This document shows, one piece after another, positions 23,005 through 33,218 of a stretch of 64,000 bases of DNA (position 1 is the first letter of the stretch; each line of letters starts with the position of its first letter). The notes under the pieces were generated by a model that ran no database searches, had not been told where the DNA came from, and worked only from the letters and a program-made list of their open reading frames with translations. The position numbers were made by a program, and so were the translations under genes. The stretch is from positions 1,302,001-1,366,000 of the forward strand of contig JANHCV010000009.1 in NCBI GenBank assembly GCA_025594325.1. The letters are read 5' to 3'. Origin of the DNA: Blastocladiella emersonii ATCC 22665 (Eukaryota > Fungi > Blastocladiomycota).

Positions 23005-24959
23005 GTCAACCAGCCGTGCGAGCGCGATCACGCGCCAGCGATTGACCTGACATCGCCACGTCGGTCACGTTGCCCTGGAGTCTGGCACCGAGACGACGCT
23101 TCCTCCTCATTGCCAGTACCTCCACCACTCACTCCGTTCGGGTGTCAACTGTGCGGGGCTTCGCCCAAAAGCCCTTTCGCCACGATCACCTGGCACTGGA
23201 GACGCGTTTATTGACGTGGGCTGCAAGGAACTGCATTGTTTATGGACTGAGAGACACGGAACTCGCTTCAGGTGTAGCGCTGTCTGAGATCGTGCTTCGG
23301 ATCTGTCGTATGTAGAGGGACGTGAGTGAAAGAGTCGCAACGAGTCAGAACCACACGTTGGGGCCGTAACCACACGCCTAGTTCTCTCGCTTTTGCTCGC
23401 CTCTCTGCTCATGGGCTAGATCAAGTCGGTTATGGATGGGGCGGCGCAAGCTGGAGGCCTCCGGGCGGATCGCCTTTCCATCCTGTGCAGCAACTCCTCG
23501 TGCTGCAAACTGCGCTCACGCGCGCACAATCGCGGCCAGCCACGATTTGGTGATGGTCCTCTTGATGGAGCCCTAGCGCGCCTTGGTTGTGGGCGCCGAG
23601 TACCTTGTAAAGCGCCTCACTGCAGCATACGCGCACGTGGCCCGTAGCTCTAGCGCGCTCAAGGCAACTGAGATCAGATTTGCGACGGACGCGTCAAGGT
23701 GAGCCGCTCGCTCACAACAGAATGCTGGTATTCTCGGCAAGCCGATATGGAGGTAGTTGGCAATCGTGAGCGAAGGGCATGAATAAACTAAGCACAACGA
23801 ATGCGCGCGGCGACTCGATCTCGACCAACGCGTTGGTTTTCCGCCAAGAAAGCACCTGACGACGATGGCGTTCGCGTCGCACGCTATGATCCAGCTTGAG
23901 ACCTTGAGCGAGCTCGCTTCCTTGGGCACGGAACAAGAGAGCTCGGATGAAGCGGACCTACGGTGGAAGGATCGCGAAAGGTTGAAGTGCGTTACGGTGC
24001 CCACGGCATGTCGCTGACAGCGACACGAGACACTCCCGACCGCGCCCGTGACGACCTCCCTGCTCAGCCGCCTTACGCTCGCCTCCAGTTGCGCGGTGGT
24101 CGACGTGTACAAATTTTGCACGGGAAGCCTGTCAGCGATGTTGAAAGTAATGATGGTTCGCGGCGCGCATAGAATAGAGCTCGTCCGAGCTCGACAAGGG
24201 TTCTAGTGATTTGGTCGTACGAAGTTCCGCCGCCGTGCAGGTGGCAGCGGTCGGGGTCAGAAGCGATCAGCAGCACAGCAGATGAGTTGGGCGTGCTTGC
24301 GCCGGAGCAAAGCCAGATGCGCGCTCCGCTCATGAGTTTGCATCCCGCACCGCCGAAGCAGAGAGACCGCGTAGCTAGTCGTTGAGAGGGTTAAAGTGAC
24401 TTTGTCGTGCCAATTCGCGCAGCACAACGTCCTGCGACAAGTAAGCGAGATGCGACGCGACGCTTGGCGGGCGCAACGCGGGTGTAGTGGCGGCGGCGGC
24501 AACGCAAGAAAAGCGAGTACATGGGCGCAAGCGGACGAATAAGAACACAAATAGCATCAACTTCGAGCTGGGGTCGCTTTGCGACGCCAGATATTGCAAG
24601 CTCAGGCGACGCGAAAGCGTCTCGCGACATGCCTCTCTGCTCGCGAGCTCTCCTAAGCAGCGCTCGTGCAGTCGCAAGAGCAGAGTGCGAAAGCCATGCT
24701 AACGGAACACTCAAGTCACCGGTCAAGTCGAGCACAGCACGTCGCCGCGCGAGCGCCACCCAAAGCGCTGCAGGAGAGACGGGACCAGCCCGCCGTCGAT
24801 TTCATGATTTATGAGATTCATTGCATGGAGTAAATCAGCTTCATTGATTGAGGGGAGCATATGGGAGGGGAGCAGCGCGGAAGCGAGAGCCGAAGCGAAG
24901 TGGCGTATCGCGACACAGGAGTGATGTCATTGGGAGCAACGTGATCGGTCGCGTGACGA
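23005..24959 (-). repeat. Right arm of diverged ~1.8-kb inverted repeat (partner 10827-12615)
   Basis: Reverse complement of the left arm; shared outer terminus tcgtcacgcgacc. Confidence 0.88.
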
Positions 24960-25108
24960 GCGCTGCCAAAGCCCCGCACTGACAGGGGGACTTGGCACTG
25001 ATGCGCGGCGGCGACAGGCCGCGGCACGTGGGGGCGCTGACTAGGATCGGGCGCCGTCTCCCGCGCCCGGTCCACGCTCCCGGAAATGGAAGGATGATAC
25101 AACAGAAC

Positions 25109-25756
25109 ATGTCCGACGACGACGACAACGAGCACCGCTTGAGCCGCCGCGCGGTGACGGCCGAGTCGACGGTCTCGCAGTGCGGGTCGGTCGCCTCGCA
25201 GCCCGCCGCCGCTCCCAACGCCACCGCGTGCGCCAACCCCCCGAACGTGGATCTTGCCGCGAACCAGCTTGCTGCGCTTCGATACATGAAGACTCTTGGC
25301 AATGAATGTCCCGTGGAGCTGCTTTGCATGCCCTCGTCGCAGCGCACAGTCTACATCGACTTCCCCTCTGGCTACCGCCTTATCTTCCAGGATGCCAAGG
25401 AGGCTCGTGCCTTTGATGCGCTTCATGTCTGGCCTCAGGTCTATCGGTTCTTGCAGAAACATGACGCCACGGACATCATGGCGACGGAGCACGCGGCCGC
25501 TGCCTCATTGCCCGAGTTCAAGTCGTCCAACGTCCGCCCGCCACCCGCCACGCGCGGCCGCGGCGGGCGTGCCCGCCGCGATCAGCCGGCCCAACCGCTC
25601 GGGTCGGTCTCGTCTTTGGCCACGCTCGCTCACCACGACCACGACGACGACGCATCTCCCCCTCCGCCGCTGCCGTCATCGCACGACGAGTCGCGAGACC
25701 TTGGCGGTTCCGCGTCGCTCCCGCTGCACAACCCGTGTGGCCGGCGCCAGCCTTGA
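25109..25756 (+). CDS. Hypothetical protein, possibly frameshifted near its 3' end
   Basis: ATG 25109 (MSDDDDNEH...), coding-like central segment (ALRYMKTLG...WPQVYRFLQKHDATDIM); no recognised domain. Confidence 0.45.
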   Translation: MSDDDDNEHRLSRRAVTAESTVSQCGSVASQPAAAPNATACANPPNVDLAANQLAALRYMKTLGNECPVELLCMPSSQRTVYIDFPSGYRLIFQDAKEARAFDALHVWPQVYRFLQKHDATDIMATEHAAAASLPEFKSSNVRPPPATRGRGGRARRDQPAQPLGSVSSLATLAHHDHDDDASPPPPLPSSHDESRDLGGSASLPLHNPCGRRQP

Positions 25757-26785
25757 GCGGTACGCCCGCTGGGTCGATCAGCTCATGAAGGAGTCGGACG
25801 GCCGTTCCACGTCGTCTTAGGTGGATTTGCCCCCGCGCGCGCGTGTTGTCGTTTGGTGATATTTGGGTTGATGGTCGCGGCTGCTCCTTGTAGTGTGTCT
25901 CGTGTCGTGGACTCGAATGTATCAATCAATTCTCCTCTTTGAACCGTGTCCTCTCTACCTGTCTCTCCTTGTTCCCGCCCCCTTGGTGAGGGTTGTAGTT
26001 TTGAGTCCTTAACCGTCGGACGACATGCGATAGTAGTTGCCGCCATCTTTGCAGCGGCCACGGTCCGTGACTGCCGTGGATCACCTACTGAAGGGCGTAT
26101 TGATATCGAGCTACCCGGACATGTCTCTTTTTTTATTTTGGAACCTTTGATTTATTCCTTAACAGCGGTTGTAACCTGCAAGCAGAGTATCCACTGTATG
26201 ACAGGCGCCGGCCTTTTCTGGCCGAGCTGCAATGCAGCAAGGCCTGGACCACGCACGTTGAGGAGCAAAGGGGAAGTAGGGAGGGAAGGAGGGAAGATAG
26301 GACAAACGGACGGAGCAAATCAGACCAGTAGCGTCAAACAAGCAGTATCAAGAGAGGGAGCGAATGAACAATAATTGAGACCGAACAGCGCGACATGCTG
26401 GGCTGGCCAGCGAGAGAGCGAGGGCGGCCAACCCGGACATGTCTCACAGTCGCGGCTTCACACACTTGTGGACCAGTCCCTCGTCCATCCGTCATCGCCC
26501 GCGACAAGCGCTGGTAGCCGTGGACGAGTTTCACCAGCATGAGCAACAACTTTGACGCCGTCACCCCAAAACGACAGTCAGCGTGACGCGTCTTCTCCCA
26601 CGGATTCCTGGTCTTGGCTCAGCTCGTTGGGTCTGCATGGAGGCCGGAGAGCTCGATCCCTGAGTGGTGGTGCGCTGTCACGGGCCGCAGTGACCATGGC
26701 CATGGCCGCTGTCAAGCAGCGCGTTGTCAATCGGGCCAACTTGCTACCGCGTTCGCACCCTCGGTCTTTACGTCTTACGCTTGTA

Positions 26786-28730
26786 CTATGTACACAAATC
26801 CTTGACCTTGACGAACCTCGGGATCTGCTTGATCCACGCCTTGGAGCGCGCGAACGCGGCGCGCGCTGCGTCGTTCCACTCAACCGGCGACGTGCCCGGT
26901 GCGTTGCTCTTGCCGCGCGTGAGCGCGAGCAGCGGCTCGAGCATGGTGGAGCAGTGCGCGACGTACATGCGCACCTGGGCGACGAGGGCGAGATAGCCGC
27001 GCAGGTTGGACAGCGTCTTGGGGAGCTCCCACTGGTCGATCTTGGACACGAGTTTCGGATCAGGGTGGCGGCCGTAGTTGTCGACGATGGCGCCAAGGAT
27101 TGGGACCGACTCGGAGCCGAGGATCATTTTCTCGACGGCGACCATGAGCCCGGCGTCCTCAATCGCGCCGAGGTCCTGGTCGAGGGCGTCAATGTGGTCG
27201 GCGACGAATTTGCGCACGCCGTACTTGTCGAGCGTCTCGTCGCGGTCAAAACCTGGCCCGTACACAAGCACGTCGTCCAGATACACTCGCAGAAGCGGCC
27301 GCGAACTTGGTCGGGTCCGCGTGCATCTTAACGAACACGAATTTCTCAAAGTCCTCGAGCTTGAGCAGGCGCGGGGGCAGGTACTTGCGGTCGAGCGTGG
27401 CAATGAAGGCCTCGAGGTTGTACGTCGCCGGCGCCCGCTGGTTGCCACCAACGAAGCCCGAGTCGCTGCTGCTGAGCACCTTGGTCACGTCCTTGGGCAG
27501 ACGCACCCAGAGATACTCGCGGATCGAGTCCTTCTGGTTGGCGCCAAGCTTGAGCAGGCGGTCAAACGACGAGCACAGCCACATCCGCGCGTTGCCGTCG
27601 AAATGCGACAGCTTGCGCCACAGCTTGTCGTCGTACACGTCGGCCGAGCCCTCAACAAGGTCATCCACGCGCAGCACGACGTGCTCGAGCCGCAGGTCGC
27701 CCGGGTTGACTTGAGCGAGGTTGTTGACGCGTTCCGCGTACGACGTCAAGACCAACGCGACTGTGAACGACAACAACGAGTGCATGAGGTCCTGGCCACG
27801 GGCGACGGGTGTGCCGGGCGGCGGGGCGGCGGGGCCGCGGCCGTGCGGCACGTCGGCAAAGTGAAGGGCGGCTCCCAGGCGTCCCTGGGAGTGCGCGCCA
27901 GACGACGGGGAGCCCGTCGGCCCGTCCGTCGTCCGCTCCTCTTTCCAGTACGTCGGCCCGAGCCCCTCAAGCCGTTTCATAGAGTCGACGGGATCGCGTG
28001 GACCAGTCGCAGCGGGTTCCGCGGGGTGTGAGTCGTGGCGGTGGTTGGTGTTGAAGCCCGACGGGATCGGCGCCACTGCCACGGTGACCGGCGGCGGCGG
28101 CGGCGAGGTCGGCGCGGCCGAGGCGGGGCCGGCGCGGCCGAGGTGGGGCTGGCGACCGTCGGCTTCTGGGTCAGGGCCATGAGGGTGGTCTGGACGGAGA
28201 CCATGAAGTCCTTGATCTCCTTGAACTCGCTCGAGGTGCGGTTCGCCGCCAGCTCAAACTGCGACTGCATCTGGGCGAAGCGGTCTGCAGTGGTCTCCTG
28301 GTGCGCGACGAGCGTGTGCTGCTGCTGGGCGACCTTCTGGCTCAGGGACTGGACTTCCTGGGCGACTTAGCGAGGGTTACCGAGCCACGTCGAGGCGAGC
28401 CAGCGGGGAGCGACGCGGCGACCTCACTGAGGGTTTCGAGAGGGCCGGTCGTGACGCTGCGCGTGGGGCGCGCGGTCGGCGAGGCGGCGCCGGCGCCAGA
28501 GGGGGTCGGCGTTGGCGCGGCGGTCTGCGAGCCACCGGGCTGGTCCGTGTTGGCGGTCGTGACGGCCGACTTGACGAAAAATCACGTTGCGAATACAGGA
28601 TCAGGATCGAGCGCGAGCGAGGCGCGGCGAGCGACGGATCGAGGTTCTGGTTACCCCGATTCTCCACCATGAAGAGCACCGCGGGGGGAAGCACGGCGCT
28701 GGTGGTGTCGAGCCCACACGATTCCCGAGA
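26786..28730 (-). mobile_element. Internally deleted Ty3/Gypsy LTR retrotransposon (gag joined directly to the C-half of RT)
   Basis: RT: VYLDDVLVYG...KIDQWELPKTLSNLRGYLAL...WNDAARAAF (26786-27300). Gag capsid-like KLSHFDGNARMWL...EAFIATLDRKYLP with an upstream coiled coil (27290-28370). PBS and 5' LTR end at 28654-28671. No protease, RNase H, integrase or clear 3' LTR. Confidence 0.88.
28654..28669 (-). promoter_or_regulatory. Primer-binding site complementary to a tRNA-Ala 3' end
   Basis: Minus strand reads ...CTTCA|TGGTGGAGAATCGGGG: LTR-terminal CA immediately followed by TGG. Plus strand CCCCGATTCTCCACCA carries the U70-C71-C72-A73-CCA signature of tRNA-Ala. Confidence 0.75.
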
Positions 28731-28733
28731 CAA

Positions 28734-28871
28734 CTGTATGATCCGGAAACGTGAGCTTTATTCGGGAGAGTGATGGGGGACAAGATGGAGAGGAAACAAG
28801 ACGGTAAAGGAGGGTAAGGAGGCCGCACACACCTGTATGATCCGGAAACGTGAGCTAAAGAGAGCTCACGT
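28734..28871. repeat. 24-bp direct repeat (99-bp period) plus a 9-bp perfect hairpin
   Basis: ctgtatgatccggaaacgtgagct at 28734-28757 and 28833-28856; acgtgagct-aaagag-agctcacgt at 28848-28871. Confidence 0.9.
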
Positions 28872-28971
28872 CCGCGGCGGGGGTGCGGCCACCTTTTGAG
28901 GGCGACAAGAGGCGGGCGGCGAGTCACCGGCTGCGGCTGGGCGCGGACGCCCACGTTCGCGGCGGTGAGAA

Positions 28972-29718
28972 ATGTGGCGCGATCAGCGGCACGCGCACGC
29001 GCGTGACCCGATCATCACGCGCGTCGCGCGACACGACGGGCACGTGCTTAATCAATTGCCGATCTTTGTCAAGTTTTATGATGCGCCCATCGGCCTGCGC
29101 TTCGCTCGCATGTGCTGGGTCGCGCCGTCGTCGCCCGTCTTGGACCTGATGCGTGGGTGGTATCCCAACGGCTCCATCTCCAAGGCAGCTTCCAGGAAGC
29201 CAACGTGCTACTACGAGGAGCGACCTGGGAACGCTCCGCCGCGCCAGCTCAACCCGTGCTCATCGTGGCGATCCAGCAAGATTGCATATGGTGCCATCAT
29301 TGTCGTCGAGTTCATCGCAAATCACGCGACCGAAAACCTGCGCCGAGTTTCGTGGGCAGATTCAATGCAGATCAAAAGCTTGCTCCCGGACATGTACGCG
29401 CTCGCGGCCCAGTGTGCGGAGCCAGCTCGCGTGCGGTCCGTAATTGATGCAGCTGCCGCTTCGTTCTTGATCTTGCTCGCGCTTTACCCGGACGACACTT
29501 CCGACTTGCGGCACGAGTACCGCATGATCGCGCTTGGCCGACGTGCTCCGCTCACGTATCCCCACTGGCTTGAAGACTTGGCAAGTGGCAAGTGGAAGCG
29601 CGAGTTTCTTTGGATACGCGATCCGGATACGCCCAAGTTCACAAGTTACGGATACTTTGAGGAAGATCCTCGAGGGGTCATTGCTGATGACGAAGGCGAC
29701 GGCGAATACGACGACTGA
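28972..29718 (+). CDS. Short paralogue C1: ubiquitin-like domain plus orphan C-terminal domain
   Basis: VKFYDAPIG..CWV..PTCYYEERPGNAPPRQL..GAIIVVEF and DLRHEYRMIALGR..GKWKREFLWIRDP are shared with C2 and C3. Confidence 0.65.
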   Translation: MWRDQRHAHARDPIITRVARHDGHVLNQLPIFVKFYDAPIGLRFARMCWVAPSSPVLDLMRGWYPNGSISKAASRKPTCYYEERPGNAPPRQLNPCSSWRSSKIAYGAIIVVEFIANHATENLRRVSWADSMQIKSLLPDMYALAAQCAEPARVRSVIDAAAASFLILLALYPDDTSDLRHEYRMIALGRRAPLTYPHWLEDLASGKWKREFLWIRDPDTPKFTSYGYFEEDPRGVIADDEGDGEYDD

Positions 29719-29994
29719 GGCGAGGAGCAGAAATATACGTGATATTTGCACTGCCCTATTTGTAACTTCGGCTGGTTTTTGGTGAAGCAACAAGCTTCCA
29801 TCGAATTGAGTCTCGTCATGCGAGCAACAAGGAAATGTGCAGCGATCTACCATGTAGGCAAACGTCGGTGCGCGCGCGTCGCTGACGAGCACGAGTTCCA
29901 CGTGGCAACCAGCCTCAATCTGAAACGGATCCTAATCATCATCGCCTGAGAGTCTCGACTCTACCACACCCCCTCACCACTACATGTAAAACGA

Positions 29995-32900
29995 ATGGAA
30001 AACCACTGGGACTCCGTGCAATATGCGCACCTGTATCAGAGCTACCCGCCTGGCCCGCCGCCCGGGTGGCCCGGCTACCTTGGACCCGCGCCGACTCTGC
30101 AGCCACAGCCTTACGCCCAAGCTTACTCTCAGCATGCTGCACCTGCCTATCGTGCTGATCAGACTTGTACAAAGCTTGACCTACTGCTCTTTGCTCAGCA
30201 ACGCCTTGTCGTCCCAACTTTGACTGCGCTAGGCGACCTGGATCCCGCCGTATGGTTGCGCGTTCTCGAAACCGACCTCGGCGCCCTTGGCCTGCCCTGT
30301 AACCTTTGGCATCTCGCCGCGCTTTGCTACGCCGATACCGAACTTGCGCGGACGCTTCGGCTGCTCGCGCAGGAACGGTTCGATGCGGCGGGCGCAGCGG
30401 GCGACTTGTGGCACCTCGGCTTACGGCCTGCCGTTCTTGCGTTGCGCCAGTATGCGGCACCCGACCCGGTTGGCTCGGCAGCGGTTGGCACTGCGGCCGC
30501 GTTTGACCACTATGCTTCGAACGGGTACTCGATGTGGCCGCAGCAGGACCAGCCGGCGCCGTTCGAGTCTTTCCTTGCCCCGTCAGCTGTTACGTCGCCG
30601 CTTGACAACGCTTCCCAGAACCACAGCACGGCGTGTTCCGCAAATTTGCACTCGTGCGACCCGAAATCCGAGCCTTCGCCCGACTTGGCTTCCAAACCTT
30701 CGCCCGACTTGACCCTCGAACCTTTCCCATCGCCACTGGCCGCGCACGAGCCAGCGCTTAACCATGACGCCTTAGCGCCCGGCAGAGAAATTGGGTGCGA
30801 CCCCGCACCTACACCCGTGGACTTTAACCACTCGAGCTCGATCCTTTCCGTCGATCATACTTCCGACCTAGACGACAAGCAACTGTCGATTTCGTGTTCC
30901 TTATCGAGTAGTGTACCCGCCAAATCTGCCCTATCCGCAGCCTTGACCGGTATTGGCGCGGTGGGCACCCCGCACCGCTTGCCCAGTCATATACTGCGCT
31001 CAGTTTCGCCGGTTTCTCTAGATCTTTTTCACCGCTTGCCCAGCCCGCTTTCACGCACATTATCGCCGGTAGACGCTGCCATTTCGGACGTGGACACAAC
31101 ATCGGCATTGGCTTCAAACACGACCTGCTCGCGTCGGACCTCCGTGGCCAGCGACGATTGCGGCGGCTCGGATACTGTTGCGGACATGCTTGTTCCCGCC
31201 GCATTTGACGTGCCCGCGGATGTTTCCCTTGTTCTCGACGACATTGGTACGGCTGCTTCGCTTGACGTGGGGTGCGAGCCCAAGCGCGACGAACTTGACG
31301 CTCAGCTTTTACCCGGCAATACGGCCGACGCAGCAGACGTGGCGGGCGCCGACGGGCTTGGCTTGGAACTCTCGGCTTGCTTGTGCCCGGATATCACTGA
31401 ATCTGAGGCAGCGGACTGCAGCGAAGCCAACGTTTGCCCTTCGCATTCTGTGGAGGCTTCCTCTGCTACAAACAGCGCTGCACCGATTGATGAGCCCATT
31501 CCGTCCGGAGCGTGTCCTTACTACGACCTGCTGCGCGATCTTGACGAGCACGGCCTCCCGTCGCTTCATTTGCTCCCCGCTCCATACGGCACCACCGTTG
31601 GTCCAAGCTACTTCAACCCGTCCGTCTCGATCATGCCGGGCGTCCTACCCGGTGTTCCAACCGTCCGCGTCAACTTCGTGACAACTGCGATGATCGAGAC
31701 TCACTACGCGTGACTTGGTATCTGGGATTTTGACTCGGAAAAGCTTCCTGGCCACTACAGTGTCATCTTCCCCGCTAGTACGACGTGGAGTGCGGCCGTG
31801 GCCGCCATCGGGGCCTTGGATCGTGAACGCGAAACCCTCCTGCAGGACCAATTGCTCTGGCGCCTGCCCAGCAATTGTGTGGGCACTGACGCACGCGTTC
31901 CAGTTGACGGGCTGCTATTGGGTTCCAAGCTTACTCTTGCACAGCTTGTTGTCGCAAACAATGGTTCAAGCACAGAAAGCAAGCTTACCCCGTCGAAAAA
32001 GACGCGCAAACGGAAAATGGTTGCGACGGTGCCCGCTTCCACAGCTGCGACGTTTCATTGTCGCGATGCAGATCCAGCCGCTGCTGCGACACCTGCGGTG
32101 CTTCGAGTAGTCAGCGTGCCCCTGGCCAGTGGCTCATCCGCTGATTTTCGTGGTGCGCCCTCGAAGAATCTTCTTAAATTACACACGGCTGATCGACTGC
32201 TCCTGCTTGTCAAGTTCTACGTTGCGCCAGTTGGCCCGCGATTCATTCGTCCTTGCTGGGTCGCTCATTCCGACTTCGTTTTTCAGCTCATTCAGGGTTG
32301 GTTCTCCGACACCTCATTCTTCGGTTCCATTTTTTCCAATCCCACCTGTTACTTTGAAGAGCAGCCCGGCAGCGCGCCGCCACGCCGACTCCATTCGCGG
32401 CTGTCGTGGCGCGCGCTTGGCGTTCAGTTTGGCGCGGTCATTGTGGTCGAGTTCCTCACCATGAGTCGCAGAGACGGTATTATTGAGTTCCTGCCGGACA
32501 TGATCGCTGACGCCGACCAATTCCTCACGCCGTCCCCCCTTAAGCAACTCACCAGCTTGTTCGACGCCATGCTCGATCTCGTGGACCAGCCTCCAGAGCG
32601 AGGTTCCAGACGCGCGATTGCCGCCCTCGATGCAGCCGTGTCCTCGTTCCTCGTCTCGCTTGCGCTGAAGCACACTGAGGAACTGGATATACGCCACGAG
32701 TACCGCATGGCCGCGCGCGGCCGAGTCGCCCCGCCGACGTACCTTGAGTTGCGCGACGACTGTGCGAGCGGCAAGTGGAAACCTGAGTTTGCGTGGTTGT
32801 GCGATCCGGCCGCGCCGCAATTCACGAAACGTGGTCTCGACGAGGTCGATCCGCGTGAAGCCTCCAAGGAAACGAGAACCAGAAGTAAAAATATAGATGC

Positions 32901-33009
32901 GTTCAATGTGTCGTCCCTTCAGCCCATCCCGGTGCGTTTACGTCGCACATGCGAGGGGAAATCAGCGGTGCAGTTTCGGGTCGCGCTTACGTTCCACTCG
33001 GAGTATTAG
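29995..33009 (+). pseudogene. Paralogue C2: Gag-capsid-like / Ser-rich / 2x Ubl-like / orphan domain; in-frame TGA 31711-31713
   Basis: ORFs 29995-31713 and 31798-33009 are in one frame; the TGA aligns to Gly of C3 (HYA*LGIWDFDSEK vs YYTGRGVWDFDSDK). Confidence 0.75.
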
Positions 33010-33218
33010 CAGCTCATTTGTCCGTCAAAGGCTTTCCACTCGGACGCGGACGCAAATGAGCGCGGTGGTCAAAGCAAGCCAGACTTTGAAGACCTGCGCG
33101 TTGATCACACGCACGAGCCTCACGTGGCGCCCAGCCTCAACTCGAAATGGCGCCCAAGTCGCCCCATCGGCCGTGCCGCTCGCCTCCCCAAAACCGCTCT
33201 ACACCGCATGCAAAACGA

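Noticed and set aside
26113-26445. 15-bp direct repeat acccggacatgtctc 318 bp apart
   Set aside because: No TIRs or coding features between the copies; too little to call an element.
28650-28670. tRNA gene
   Set aside because: Only a 16-nt tRNA-like 3' end including CCA and no cloverleaf; explained as a retrotransposon PBS.
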